Positions 12,121 to 25,436 of a stretch of 64,000 nt of DNA are shown here, in pieces. The notes beneath the pieces were generated by a model, which was not told the DNA's origin, did no database searches, and saw nothing but the letters and a program-made list of their open reading frames with translations. The position numbers were made by a program, and so were the translations under genes. This DNA is from Chiloscyllium plagiosum. Its lineage: Eukaryota. The DNA lies in assembly GCF_004010195.1 (NCBI RefSeq), contig NC_057755.1:5935474-5999473 (forward strand), read 5' to 3'. Numbering within the stretch: the stretch's first letter is position 1; each line of letters begins with the position of its first letter.

Positions 12121-13843
12121 GAGTTTAGGACCATTTGGCGCAGCCATTTTGGCCCAAGCGATTTGGCGCGGCTGGTTTGGTGCAGCACATTTTGCCTCAG
12201 GCTCATTTCGGCACAGATCTTTTTCAGCGCAGCTCACATTTATTCCTTTTCAGGCTTAGTTAAAAGCATTAATGAAAGAAATAAAAAAAAAATGTTTATT
12301 CTGTTTAGTAAAAATTGTATCATGAAAAAAATACAAAATACACAAGTTAATTACGAAAAATCTAACGTATGATATTTATTCAAAAGTATGGGCAATCTCT
12401 TGTAAATATTCAACACCATATTTCTCATTAAATCTTCTTACACGTGCTTGTATTTTAGCGTCTGTTTCACTGAATTTCTTTAATTTCAAAGGGATATCGT
12501 GCCATCCAGATAGCTTTAAAGCATATTCTGTTAATGAATATAATGAAAAGTAATTTTCACTCGCTGACAACGGTAGCACCACCTACAGAATTCTTATATT
12601 TGGAAGCAAAACGAATGCCGTGTTTATGAAACAGTCAAAAAAAGTCGTATGTTAATGGAACTTCCAAAAATTTCACACTTCTATTTTCACTAGAATTTTT
12701 TCTTATTTTAGGGGAATACATAAAGGTGTGTTCCCACTGTTGTATGCTTTACTCCCAAATAAGTTACGAACAACATATGATAAATTATTTAAAATTATTC
12801 TGGAAATACAGCCTGAATGCCGCTCTGACATTCTCAACTGTGGGTTTGAACACGCAAATTTCAATAGATTGCAGCAGCATTTTCCTTCTGCAGAAACCCG
12901 GGGATTTTGTTTTTCACCTGGCTCAAAATATGAAAAAACATCTTGCCAGTTTGGGACACTTGAGCATGTATAACATTGACACGGAGTTTTTTTTTGAGAG
13001 CTAAAATGATACTTTATCATGCATTTATTTCGATTGAAAACATTGGTGAAGCTATTGAACATTTGGCTGATGCGCTTCCAGATGAAATGCAACCGCTACT
13101 GGACTCGCTCGAGGATAACTATGTCAGTAGAAGATTACACAAAGGAAATGGTAGGCGTCCCCCACTTTTTTCCAGTTGGAATGTGGAATTTATATGGAAG
13201 ATTTTTAAACAATGAGGACAGAAACAATCATGCAGAAGCTGCCCACAGGAGATTCCAATGCGAATTTGGATTGGAACATCCAGTTACTTGGAAGTTTGTT
13301 GATGGTTTACGAAAAGATTTGAGAGGAAAGGACATTTACTCTGAGCATGTCGTAGCAGGGCATTTTATTCAGTTGAAATTAAAGAAATTCAGGGAAGCAG
13401 ATTCTAGAGTTGAAACACTCGTAAGAAGATTTAGTGAGAGAAATAATGTTGAATATTTACGAAGGATTGCCCAAAGATTTGAATAAATATAAACATCATA
13501 TTTTAGATTTTTAATTATTAACTTACTTAATTTAAATTTTTCTTTTTAGCATTTTTAGTAAAGAGAATAAACATTAGTTTTATATTTATTGCTTTCATTA
13601 ATGTTTTTAACTAAACCTGAAAAGAAATAAATTTGAGTTACACCTAAATAGATCTGCTCCTAATTGTGTCTGCAGCAAAAAGGGCTGCGTCAAATGGACC
13701 GTGCCAAATCGATTGCGTCAAAATGGCTGCGCCAAATGGTCCCTCTCAGGCTGAAATAGTTCTGCACCTAAATCATTTTGCTGCAAAATGTGCCGTGCCA
13801 CATCGCTCGCGCCAAATTGGCTGTGTCGAATGGTCCCACTCCG
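12121..13843 (+). mobile_element. Mutator-like (MULE) DNA transposon, copy B, inserted in a CR1 LINE
   Basis: Termini homologous to copy A; decayed 9-bp TSD GTCTACCAT (12112-12120) / CTCTGCCAT (13844-13852); LINE RT sequence resumes across the insertion. Confidence 0.88.
12535..13486 (+). pseudogene. MULE DDE transposase remnant
   Basis: FPLLYALLPNK..TYDKLF, GFCFHLAQN, LEDNY, MWNLY, RNNHAEAAHRRF..EHP..WKFVDGLRK, EYLRRIAQRFE; several frameshifts. Confidence 0.85.
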
Positions 13844-15834
13844 CTCTGCCATGGAGATCTGATCAAATGCCTTACTAATGTCCATGCACATGACATCATC
13901 AGCCCTTCCTTCATCTACCAACTTGGTCACTTCCTCGAACAACACTTTTAAGTTGATAAGCCATGATACCCGCTCCCACAAAAACATGTTTCCTATCACT
14001 GATAAGCCCATTCTTTTCTAAATATAAATAGATACTATCCTTCAGTATCTTCTCCAGCAACTTTCCCACCACTGACGTCAGGCTTACTCCTCTGTAAATA
14101 CCCAGAATATCCCTACTACCCTTCTTGTACAGGGGGACACATGAACAAAACTCCAGTCTTCCTGCACCTCACCTGTATTTAAGGATGCCACAAAGATGTC
14201 TGTCAGGGCCACAGCTATTTCCTATCTCCCCGCTCTCAGCAACCTGGGATAGATCCCATCCGCTCCTGGGGATTTGTCCACTTTAATAACTCTAGCCGAG
14301 CCTTACATCTTCCCTACTTATGTCAACATGATCCAGACTAATCAAACTTCAATCTCTAACCTCAAGGTTCATCATGTTCCTCGCCTCAGTGAACACTGAT
14401 GCAAAGTAACAATTCAGAATCTCACACATTCGCTCAGGTTCGACACACAGACTTCCTTCGTTATCCTTTAGTGGACCAATCTCTTCTCTAGTTACCCGCT
14501 TGTTTCTTATATAAGAATAAAATGTTTTGGGAGTCTCCTTATTTCTGCTCACTAAAGCTATTTCATGACCCCTTTTAGCCCGCTGGATTCCTTGTCCTAC
14601 TCTTCCGATATTCCTCCAGGGCCCTTTCTTGTCTTAGCTACCGGGACCTTATGTCCCCTTCCCTTTTCCTCTTGGCTAGTCATACAATTTCTCGTATCAT
14701 CCACGGTTCACGGATCTTGCCGTTCCTATCCTTTGCCCCCAAAGGGACATGCATATCCTGAACTATCTTGAACCTATCTTTGAAAGTCTGCCAATTCTCA
14801 AATGTGGACTCCACTTCAAATAGCTGTGTCCACTCCACAATTCCAACCTCCCGCCTATTTTTTATAAAATAGGCCTTGGGCCATTTTAGCACTCTTCCCC
14901 CAGGACCACTCATTTCTTTATCTACGAGTATTCTAAAAGTTAAAGAATTGTGGTCACTGTTCCCAAACAGATTTCCCAACACAACGTTTAACACCTGTCC
15001 TGGCTAGTTCCCTACTACCGGGTCCAATATAGCCCCTTATCTCGTCGGACGATTGACATACTGCTCTACAAAACTCTCCTGGACGCTTCATACAAATTCT
15101 ACCCCATCCAGACCTCTGACGCGAAGTGTATCCCAGTCAATATTGAGAGTATTAAAACCTCCCATCACCACTACCCTTGTGTCTCCACATGTTTCCATAA
15201 TCTGTTGACCAATTTGTCCGTCGACCTCATGCTCACTGTTGGAAGGCCTGTCATAGATCCCCAACAATGCAACTGCACCCTCCTTATTTGTCAGCTCCAC
15301 CCAAAATGCCTCACTACCCAAGACCTCCATAGTGTGCTCCTTTGGCACAGCCATGATATCGTCTGTGACCAGCAAAGCAACTACAACCCCCCCCCCCCTC
15401 CTTTTTATTTCCCTCCCTGTCCTGACTGAAGCATCCATATCCTGGAACATTTAGTTGCCAATCATCATGCCCTTCCTTCAACCAAGTCTCTGTAATTAAA
15501 ATAACGTCATACTCCCAGGCAACAATCCAAGCCCTAAGTTCATCTACCTTACACACAATACTCCTTGCATTAAAGTAGATGCATTCCAGGCCACCTTTTT
15601 TTGTGCTTATCTGATGTTTGCCTACTCTCCCTTTATTAATGCTGTCGTCATAATTCTTACATTCTCCAATATCCACCTCTCTGCCTACTTGTTTTCGCTT
15701 CTGGTTCCCAGCCCCCTGCTACATTAGTTTAAAAACGCCCTAACAGCCGTAGCAAAAACGAGCCCAATTACATTCGTTCCAGTCTGGTTCACATGTAGCA
15801 CGTCCATTTTGTAATAGTCCCACCTCCCCCAGAA

Positions 15835-16142
15835 CTGGTCCCAATGTCCAACAGATCTGAACTCCTCCCTCCTACATAACCTCTCAAGCCACATGTTCAT
15901 CCTGCCTGTTTTTTTCATTTCTATGCTAGCTAGTACGTGGTACTCGTAGTAATCCCGAGATAACTACATAGAACATAGAACATAGAACATAGAACATAGA
16001 ACAATACAGCCTGGTCCCAATGTCCAACAGATCTGAACTCCTCCCTCCTACATAACCTCTCAAGCCACATGTTCATCCTGCCTGTTTTTTCATTTCTATG
16101 CTAGCTAGTACGTGGTACTCGTAGTAATCCCGAGATAACTAC
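15835..16142. repeat. 133/132-bp direct repeat flanking a 43-bp (ATAGAAC)n LINE-tail insert
   Basis: 15835-15967 matches 16011-16142 except one T in a T-run; insert is atagaacatagaacatagaacatagaacatagaacaatacagc. Confidence 0.9.
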
Positions 16143-16871
16143 CTTTGAGATCCTAACCTTTAACCTCTCTCCTAGCTCCCTGAATTCTTCTTTCAGGATC
16201 TCACCTCGTTTTCTACTTACATCATTGGTGCCTTTGTGCACCAAGATACGTGGCTGGTCACAGTACCCTTTCAGAAAGCTTTGCAGCAGATCGGTGACAT
16301 CCCTGACCCGCGAACCTGGAAGGCAGCATACCATCCTAGAATCCGTTTTTCAGCTACAGGCCCGCCTATCTACTCCCTTCACAATAGAAACCCATATGAC
16401 TATGGTCCTACGATTCTTTTTCCCGCCCATTCCCACTGGGTGAATTTTTGATTTTTTAGACGAGATGGGCCAAAAGGACTCTTCTGCACGGAGTGATTTT
16501 ATGATTCAAAAAAAGTTCAGTGGGACAATCATCATTGGAAATACAATCAATGTTAGGTAATTGATGAGCATTTTTTGTTCAGTAAGTACCTGAGAACAAA
16601 ATCTTTCTCGCAATCCCGGCCTCATTGTAAATAGATAATTCATGATGTTTAACTTGCAGCAATAAAACCTTTGTCGTCGTCATAGGTTCTGTTGAGAAAC
16701 CCATTTTCTGGGTGGAGAATGACAGAGCAATGAAGTGTGGATAATAGGTGTCTACAGGGACAGAGCTGTAATTGTGTATCTGTTAATTTTTAGTGCTAAT
16801 GTTGTGGAGAGATTGAAATTGAGAGTCAAAGCCTCAGAATTAAACAGAAACCGAATGCTTAACTTACAAAG

Positions 16872-17939
16872 TCAGTTTAGCTTGTACTTCTTCGAAAGTT
16901 TTAAAAACAGTCTCCAAAAATCTGTAATTGTGTTCTTCAGCACTTCTCTGAATTTCGTCTGGTTCCCTGCTTAAATGGAAATATTTGGGATAGAATGCAA
17001 AAGCTTCAAGATATTTCCAGTCGCTGTGACGATGTATGCAGGTTTTGTGAAATTACTTCATTAAAAAGAGGTGTTCTTTTATCCAGTCATTGCACAGCTA
17101 ATGTTCGCGATCGGACAAAGTATGATGAAGTTGCCCGATACAGAAGAATAAAAATATGTATTGTTTTGTGTTCTGCTTCTCTTGGTCTTGATGATTCTCC
17201 CCATGCATACCTGTCAGTCCATTGCAGGTTGTGCTCCCATCAAAGCCTCGTTTGATTGTCAATGAGTTAAGCAATGTGGTGAATGTGAAGGGAAGCCAGA
17301 CGACGAGACAACATGAAACCAGTCGTATCCCAGTCGTGAGGAAATGAAACCTCCACTTGGTCTGCAGCCACAGAGCATCTTGTTGATTTTTTGCTGTTTT
17401 CAAATGCAAAGAGAAATGAAATATTCTTTAACCTGATCATAACAGAGAACTTTGTTAGAATGGTGTCTGCCAATCCCCTGGTTAAATAGTAGCTTCTCGA
17501 ATTTTGATAGAGAACCTGTCAAATGTGAACGTGATAGTAAACCAAGTAGACAAATGGATGTTACCAGTGGATAAGTACAAAACAAACTTTCAGATGGGAA
17601 AGGGGCTCAGTAATGGAAAGTGAAAGTTAAGAATGAAAATCTGATACAATATCACACTCAAGAGCATAACCAGCAGATCTGTTGTTGCCATGGTCACGAT
17701 ATCGACAGAGATATGCTTCGAAACTCCACTGTTTCCTTTGCAAAGAATTACAATTGTGACAGTTTTCATGTTAAAAGGAGAGAGCACAAAACTTGAACAA
17801 TCGAAATTTTCATATCTAATAAAGAAAATTAATTCAATTATTGGCAACAATCCGTTAATATTGCTCACCAGGAACACCAAATGCAGAAGAATCGAGAAGC
17901 AAATTGGTGTCATATCAACGGAATAACTTGTTGTACCAT
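16872..17939 (-). pseudogene. GPR139-like class A GPCR pseudogene 1 (exon 1 17869-17939, ~100-bp intron, exon 2 ~17769-16872)
   Basis: Exon 1 ends TTT GGT GTT CCT G|gtgag; exon 2 TVTIVILCKGNSGVSKH..MATTDLLV..PI*KF..WFTITFTFDRF..WLPF..LLNSLTI..NQTKFREVLK; stops, frameshifts and a damaged acceptor. Confidence 0.8.
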
Positions 17940-18474
17940 TTTCTGAGAAGTTGAAACTATTGGATGTCTGAGACTCTGTTTGATGCACAAAAAGAATGAC
18001 TGCAATGGTTGCATTTATTGATGCTTCGGTACTCCATACAGTTAATTATTTAAAATTAACATTGGGGTTAACTGCAAAATGCGTGATTCGGATGCTTGTA
18101 TGGTATGATGCATCACAGTGTTGAAGAAAATGTTGCAGCGACATTTTCAGACAGCAGATTAAGCATCCATGTGGTGTTGTTGAATCTGTTCCTAAAGGAC
18201 TGATGACAGCGGCTTCATGGAGCCTGTTCACTCCAAATAGGAACTGATGTAAATCCTACCAAATAGTGGAACTCAGCAAGTACCAAGGTTCAAACGATTA
18301 TTGAGTTCCTCCAATTAGTGATACCTTTCAATTAAACTGGAGCTGCCCGTAACGGTCTCTTATTATTCACACGTACAAGGCCAATTCATACCATCAGTGC
18401 AAGTGACACTTCAACTCGTTAAATGTAACTGTTGCTTTCATCTCACCACTGTTATAAATCACTCCGAGTATAAG

Positions 18475-19035
18475 CTACGATTGTGCAGAATGTTGGTGGG
18501 ACGACGTCTATAGTACAGTGCCCAATTTTAATCAACCTGTTAAATTAAGGCTATTGGTAAGCTGGACGGGGTACAGAAATGATTTACCAAGATGTTACAG
18601 GGAATGGACGGTTTGCCTTACAATGAGAGACTTTTTTTCCCCCACTGGAGTATAGATGGATGAAGTGGTTCTTTTTAGATGTTCAAAAAATCTTGAGGGT
18701 GATAAATAGTGCGAATTACATGTATGTTTTCCTGAGGGTGGGGATTTCAAGAAAAGGATACAGTTTTTTTAACATAAAGGGAGAAAAAAAATAATAGGGA
18801 CATGCGGGGCAACGATTTTAGACATGGTCTGTATGTGGAATGAATTTCTAGAGGTACTGATAGTTGTGGGTACCGTTGCAACACTTAATTAATATTTGGA
18901 AAAAATTATGAATGGGGAAGGTTTGGATGGATATGTGCCAACACAGGCAGACGTGACGTGATCAGTTTGTGAAATTGTCGTGGACTGGTTCAACTGAAAT
19001 ATCTGTATGGCTCTGACTCTGTGACTCTATGACTG
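18475..19035 (+). mobile_element. CR1-type LINE 3' end
   Basis: RT C-terminal remnant and tail ctctgactctgtgactctatgact. Confidence 0.7.
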
Positions 19036-19169
19036 ACTTTGCTCTTTGGTCCAAACGTATAATTAACCTAGAGATCCTGAGATGACTTTCTCAAGGGTTG
19101 GTCATGTTCCGTTGATGCTCCTTTTTTATTATAAATTTTGAAATGAGGACGTGACGCAACACTTTTTAA

Positions 19170-19700
19170 AATGATTGCTCAGATCGTATGGTGAATGTGT
19201 AGTCATTTCTGAGTATCTTATTTAAGGAAGAATGTTAGCCCCGGGGAGAGGTCACAGGGAATTTACCGGAATCATACCAGGAGTGATGGATTTTAGACAG
19301 AAGAAAAGATTAAGTAAGTAAGGATTATCCCACTTGGAGCAGAGAGGATTGAATTGTAATCTAATTGAGGAGATCAAAATTATGAGCAATTTTCAATGCT
19401 TAAAGAAGGATATTCTGTTTCCACCAGTTAGTGTGTCAGCAACGAGGAATCGTAACTTCAAGACAGCAGGCAAAAAAGCTAAGACTGAGATGAGGAGCAA
19501 TTATTTGCTCAGGGAGTTGATTGAATTTTGGGAAGTGCTATCTGAGAGACTGGTGGAGGCAGATTTTGCAGGAGATTTAGCAAGAGAGCTATATATATAT
19601 ACATTTGACAGTGATGAAGTTTGAGAAGGGACCCGAGAGTGAGACGAGCTGAATGGCTGTTTCGTGAACGAATCCAGACATCAGGGGTTATTTTCAGTAA
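19170..19700 (+). mobile_element. Decayed CR1/L2-type LINE 3' fragment
   Basis: LEQRGLNCNLIEEIKIM resembles LE-RRLRGDLIEVFKIM. Confidence 0.55.
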
Positions 19701-20594
19701 CATAATCCTCTTCAGCAACAATGAAATTCCACAGTTCAGTACGTCATTAATGGTCTTGGATTCTCACACTGCCTTGGGTAAACAACCAAAATAATCAAGA
19801 TCTCTTCCACTCTATTTGCATCCACCTCTATCGTGCAGAAGACACAAAGTTGTCTAAACACAAGCTAACAGATTCAAGAGTATATTCTTCCGAACTGTTA
19901 CTAGACATTGGAACTCTCCATTCATGCATTTGAGTTGATTTCTCTCTCCATGTTCTGTTTAGCTTTAACACGATATTCTGCTTTAATATGCTGATGAATT
20001 CATGTATGGTTTCATTTGTCTGAATATGATACAAAACACTATTTTTTCACTGTATCTCGGTCCATATGATAATAAAAACTCAAGTTAAATCGAACTAGTC
20101 ACCTTACCTGGTGCTGGAGTAATGCTTGTCTTCAGTAGAAATGACAATCCTGTTTGATTATTCACTGTGAGTCGAACATATACTGGAACATAGAGTTTCA
20201 ACATTAAGCTCTGAATGATACTAATATTTAAACATTAAAACAGCGTTTCCCATCTCTGTACAATATTAGTCCCAGTACATACGTTTGTTATGTTTTTTTG
20301 CGGTGGTGATAAGTATTTTACTTAAGAAGAAGTAATAGAATTTATTGGGTATATCAGTCTGCAATGTCAACAAAGTCGTTGGAACATTTTTTGAAGCAAG
20401 GAACTCGCCTAAAGCTGCGTGAAAATGCAAACCAAGAGGCTGTGCTAGAGATTTATTAGAATACGAATGATTCCATCCAAATGCTGTAGCCCTTCCTTTG
20501 CCTTTTAGGTGAGATGATTGTTCAGGCCAGTACTGAACTATTTGTGCATAATATAAAGAGGATTCCCACAGACAAGGCCAAATTTACGTCAATG

Positions 20595-20882
20595 CTGCAA
20601 TTTGTCTTCCTGGAGCAATTTCTGCTTCCATCTCCCAAGTTTCATTCGCTTTATGCTGTGCACCTGCATCTACACTACTTAACTCTGCCCTCATCTCTTC
20701 CTTGCCCATTGGAAGGTGACCATTAATTTGATCGCTTCCTGCAATTTGTCTTCCTGGAGCAATTTCTGCTTCCATCTCCCAAGTTTCATTCGCTTTATGC
20801 TGTGCACCTGCATCTACACTACTTAACACTGCCCTCATCCCTTCCTTGCCCATTGGACGGTGACCATTAATTTGATCGCTTC
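20595..20882. repeat. Two-copy tandem duplication, 144-bp unit
   Basis: 20595-20738 versus 20739-20882; 3 substitutions seen. Confidence 0.9.
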
Positions 20883-23204
20883 CAAGAATTAAATCTGTTC
20901 CTCTTCCCAGCTACTTTCCTTTTCCTTCACCGTTGCATAGCGAAGTAGACAACTCAAACTCTTGTTTTAAAAATTGAAATGCGTCCCCACTATACTACTT
21001 CGTGAGTCAACTCGGAGATTAGTTCCATTTCTCCTCTGGTGACACACATATTTTCTGCAAAATATTTCTCTCCTTCCGAAAGTTATGACAATGTGCCAAA
21101 TATTTAATAAATCATGCAGTATGTGGAGTTCCTCGACAGGGAAATTCTTTCCTGTGTTACTACCATGTCATTCCGTGTTAATATCCATCATTGTGCAACG
21201 AATTCTTTGGATTTCAGTTTCATGGCGATAAAATCCGAGAGCTCCTGGCTGATACTTTATGAGATGTCTTTGGGAAGTTTTGAGTTTGCAGTATTAGTCA
21301 AAATTGTGACACGGGATTCGTACTGACATATATAAAAATATCTTCCCAGGAAAGTCTTCCATCAGTCACTCTACATAAGCATTTCCTTAATTCAAACTTT
21401 GAAACACGTTCCATACAAAGCAGAAAAACAAAGGCACAGAAACCAGGAGCAACAAACAGGCGTTTATTGTTACCTAAGAGGTGGAACACTATTTCAGGAA
21501 TAAATCAAGACATCAGTGGAAAGAAATGGAATGGCGAAAAGATAATCATATAACATTCTCAGATGCAGTTTGAAATGAAACTGGTCTGCTATGTTCATTT
21601 GCCCAGCAGACCAGTTACAGGTAGGATCGTGTCGTACAGTTTCTGGAAATTCTGAATATGACAACGTCGTTCCTGCACGAATAATGTGGCCTGTCATTGT
21701 ACAAGGATTCTGTCAGCTTCCAGTTATGTGGCGCTAAGGTCGCAGAGGCAATGTAAATACCTTGTGAAATTTACTTGAGAAGTTTGAGATTGGAGAATTT
21801 ATCAGTATTAGGTTTTCGTTGATTTTTTAAAAAAAGGAAAATAAAATTGTGAAATAGATTAATTCCCGTTACATTCGATCTGAACTTGAAACTGTCACAA
21901 AAGCACAACTGTGATAAACGTTAAAAGACAAGACACCTTGAATCTGTACTGTCACAAAAATGTGTTGTTTTTCTGCGCCGAACATGACAGACACAACGAT
22001 AGACGTCCTTGATGTTCCCAGGTTCAATTTTATCCTGTTTAATGTTTATATTGTAATTTTGCCTGAACTCAGTTTTGGCGAGGTTTTATTTTCTATGGAA
22101 TGGAATTGCAACGTGTAACTATGGGCAAGTTTAAATATAGACAAGTAACTGACAGAATCATAAATGTGTTGCAACGGAGAATGAGGGCTTTTGACCCACA
22201 TGCTTTTCCATTGTACGTTATCAACTTAAACGTGGCATCAATAATACAACATTCCGAGACCAATTCTACAAGATACTGCAATTATAACGTGTGACCGAAG
22301 TATAATTGAGAGTGAAGTCAAAAATATGACTTGACTGAATGTAAAGACGTTCAGTGCATTTATATAATCAGTATTAGTATATTACATTAACTGCATATTG
22401 TCGTTAAGTTGAACAGTGAAGCATTCTCGATTTTTCAATATGCTTCAAATTACATTCATGGTAATCTTATACAGACAATTGAATAAAATACGACAACTCT
22501 TTTTAATTCACATTCTCCTGAGAGGACTCTCCCGGTGTTTCTAGAACTGGATGTCCGTTAATGTGTGTATATAAACATATATCGTTCAATAGATGCTCAA
22601 CAATTTTCAAAACACTTAATGTGAACACGGACTCCTATCCAATCATGGCAGTGCAGTACATGAAGGATACACCAATCAGCCAAGTCATGTTTCATGATCT
22701 AATGTGCTTACCTGAAAAATCCTTGCAGATGAAAGGATTGTCAGATGGACCCAGTATCAGAATAATGGAAGTAGATTGCGGGATAACATGGCAGATTGCA
22801 TTCTATACAGTTATAACAGAGCTTGATGATGGACATGCAGAACTGCTAATGGAAAGGAAGGATCTCACAGAGTGTTGCATGTGTGCTTGATTGGTGCTAT
22901 ATCGTTGTATTTGATGATGGCAGACTTGGATCACTTCAAAAATAAAATTCATGGAAATGCAGGCCAATTGAGGCTTTCCCCCCTTTGTGTTAATTGCACA
23001 TTTATTCGTTGTTCAACTGAAAATTTTAAATAACAAATTTTTACTGGACAGTTCATTTCCAATGTTTACCATCCTGACTTGTATAAGTTGTTCTTAATTT
23101 CCTTCCATTGGCAATGATGTCAAAATGTTGACCACAGTTTATTGCACTTCATAAGGTTGTCAATTCTAAATCCGGATTCATGGCCTGGTAACACTATAAC
23201 TCAG

Positions 23205-23370
23205 AATCGAGACTGTGGAAAAGCAACAACCAAGGAGCAAGAGAATCGATGTTTTGAGCATCAGCTCTTCATCATGTTGATTCTCACGCTCTTCAAGTGT
23301 TGACTGAACGCCTGTGTTTTTCCCTCAACACACTCTGGTCTCTGATCTCAAGCATCTGCAGTCCTCAATT
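23205..23370. mobile_element. Short inverted Penelope-like terminal fragments
   Basis: ggagcaagagaatcgatgttttgagc..cttcatca is the reverse complement of the 26461-type terminus; followed by a forward ..agcatctgcagtc tail. Confidence 0.5.
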
Positions 23371-23423
23371 TAACTTAGTCGGCTGCACTGTAAGATCTAT
23401 AAGTCATTGATTCATTGAATTAT

Positions 23424-24295
23424 TTAAGTGACCAGAGCTTGCAAAGCTTCCTTGATTTTCTCCCTGAACTTGGACTGAGTCGCTGCGTAAATAAGTGTGT
23501 TTGGGCAACAACTTAAATGCTGGAACATGAATCCCAAATTTTGTAATATCACTGTGGACTCGATATAGTCTGTTCCTCTAAGGGTATAACGAAAGAAATT
23601 TGAAACAACCATAAGCAATAGAAGTATGAAAACACCGGAAATGGTGAAAAATAAATTAACAGACTTCTTCCTGCTTTCCATCTCCGGATCGCTCTGTTTC
23701 TCTCCATTGCTGCGGGTTTTCAGTTCCTTACGGACTTGGCTGAATGCTAAAATGTACATTACAGTCAAAGCATTTATCAACAGTAATAGAGTGAAAGGGA
23801 GCAGTGGGGTTCCAGACTGACGAAAGCTGTCATAACCCACCCATACAGCATCAGTGTAAAAATTCGCTTTTACAAAACAAAATTACGGTATATTTTCAAC
23901 AATTGTCCAAGGCCCATGTATAAAGTACATGGGGATGTTACTGAAACAAAGCAGAATGCAGGTTGTTGGAAGAACTACAGCTGCAATTTTCTCTGTGCCA
24001 AATCGTGCTTTCAGGTTATGGCAACAAACAGCTACAAATTGATCAAATGAGAATGCGATAGTGAACCAGACAGAACAGTCTATGACTGCATAACACAAGT
24101 CATAGTGAACACTACACACAGGAGTGATGTTCAGTAAGAACGGTGATGCTTGGTAATAATAAATAACATATCTCAATACCACCTCAAGTATCATGACGAG
24201 AAGATATGCCATTGCCATAGCCAACATGTAACGAGTGGTGTACTTTGAAATGTCACAATGTCCACGGGACAGAATCAGAATTTCCAATAGATTAA
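23424..24295 (-). pseudogene. GPR139-like GPCR pseudogene 2, exon 2 (TM1-TM7), single in-frame stop
   Basis: Acceptor ctcctttctttctcatacag|TT AAT CTA TTG; ORFs 23883-24287 and 23424-23840 are in the same frame and joined across TAA 23883-23885 (P*FC for PWFC); CSVWFTIAFSFDQF, PLLPF, DPEMESRKKS, SCCPNTLIYAATQSKFRE. Confidence 0.9.
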
Positions 24296-25436
24296 CTGTA
24301 TGAGAAAGAAAGGAGAAACTGCTGAAATTTATTGAGCAAACGTGTTGTATGTCTGACGCAGTCAGTGCAGCAGAATAGAATGCAGAGTATGAAAAGCTGG
24401 ACGCAATGTGAGGATTTCTGGTGTGATCGAATGTGAAAATTCCAATGCCATCTTTAAAATAATTTCAGATTTACCAGATTTTCTGCGAGTGGAGAGAATA
24501 AGTAACCTTTCCCTCAGGCGGTGCCTCACTGAGTGTGGGAAATGTATAGGCTCATCTCTGAGTCATGCATGGATTTTCTGAAGAACAGATTAGATCTTGA
24601 TTTCTTAGTTCAATGAGCTGAGGAGTGGAAGGTTGAATTTAATTTGGATAAAAATTAGATATTATATATTGGTCAAGCAAAACATTTTAAGACTTGCATA
24701 ATTGAAAGTCGGGCCTTTGGTAGCATTTTAAAACACAGAGAACCTGTTGTTCAAATTCCTAATTCTTTGAAGTTTGTGCCACATTTAGACAGGGTAGTTA
24801 AGATGTCTTTTAGTACACTTACCTTCATTGTTTAGAATTTTGAGTATAGGAGTTGTGATCTCATGCTGATTTTTGTGCAGAATGTTAACGAGGTCTCTAC
24901 TGTTGTGCTATGTCCAGTGCTGCGATTGAAAGAATATCATTAGCCCGGAGAGGCTTCAAAAACTATTTAACAGCATGGTGCTATGGATAGTGGCTTTGAA
25001 GTATAAGGAAATGCTGAATAAACTCGCAACTTTTTTCATAGAGCAGAGGAGTTTGCGGGATGACATGTCTTCTTTTCTTTTGATGAAATGGGACTACTTT
25101 GCATTTTTCTCACAGGACAGAAAGTAGAGCCCCTCAAAGATTAGCAAGGTGGTCTTTGTGTGGAGCCGCGGAAAATGGGGGAGATACTAAATGAGTATTT
25201 TGCATCACTATTTACTGTGGAAAAGGATATGGAATATAAGGATTGCAGGGAAATAGATAGAGACATTTCACAAGATGTCTATACTACAGAGAATGAAGTG
25301 CTGGATGTCCCGAAACGCGGAAAGGTGGATAAATCATCAGGACCTGATCTGGAGTACCCTAGAACTCTGTGGAAAGCTGGAGAAGTGATTGCTGGGCTTC
25401 TTGCTGAGATATTTGTATCATCAATAGGTGAGGTGC

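Larger units (their letters stand above)
10990..16430 (-). mobile_element. Near full-length CR1-type LINE with esterase (SGNH-like) ORF1, endonuclease and RT; interrupted by MULE copy B
   Basis: 3' tail (TTCTTTG)n at 10990; MDISKAFDQ; YFNARSIVCKVDELRAWI..ILITETWL; NSDHNSL; ORF1 VCCLPGSRVRDV..VHKGTND..VVISGLL and MDVLHVNQTGT. Confidence 0.9.

Noticed and set aside
17590..17988. 132-aa ORF as an intronless GPCR N-terminus
   Set aside because: Its first ~73 residues read through exon 1 and the intron; the family exon boundary (GVP|gtgag) is in another frame
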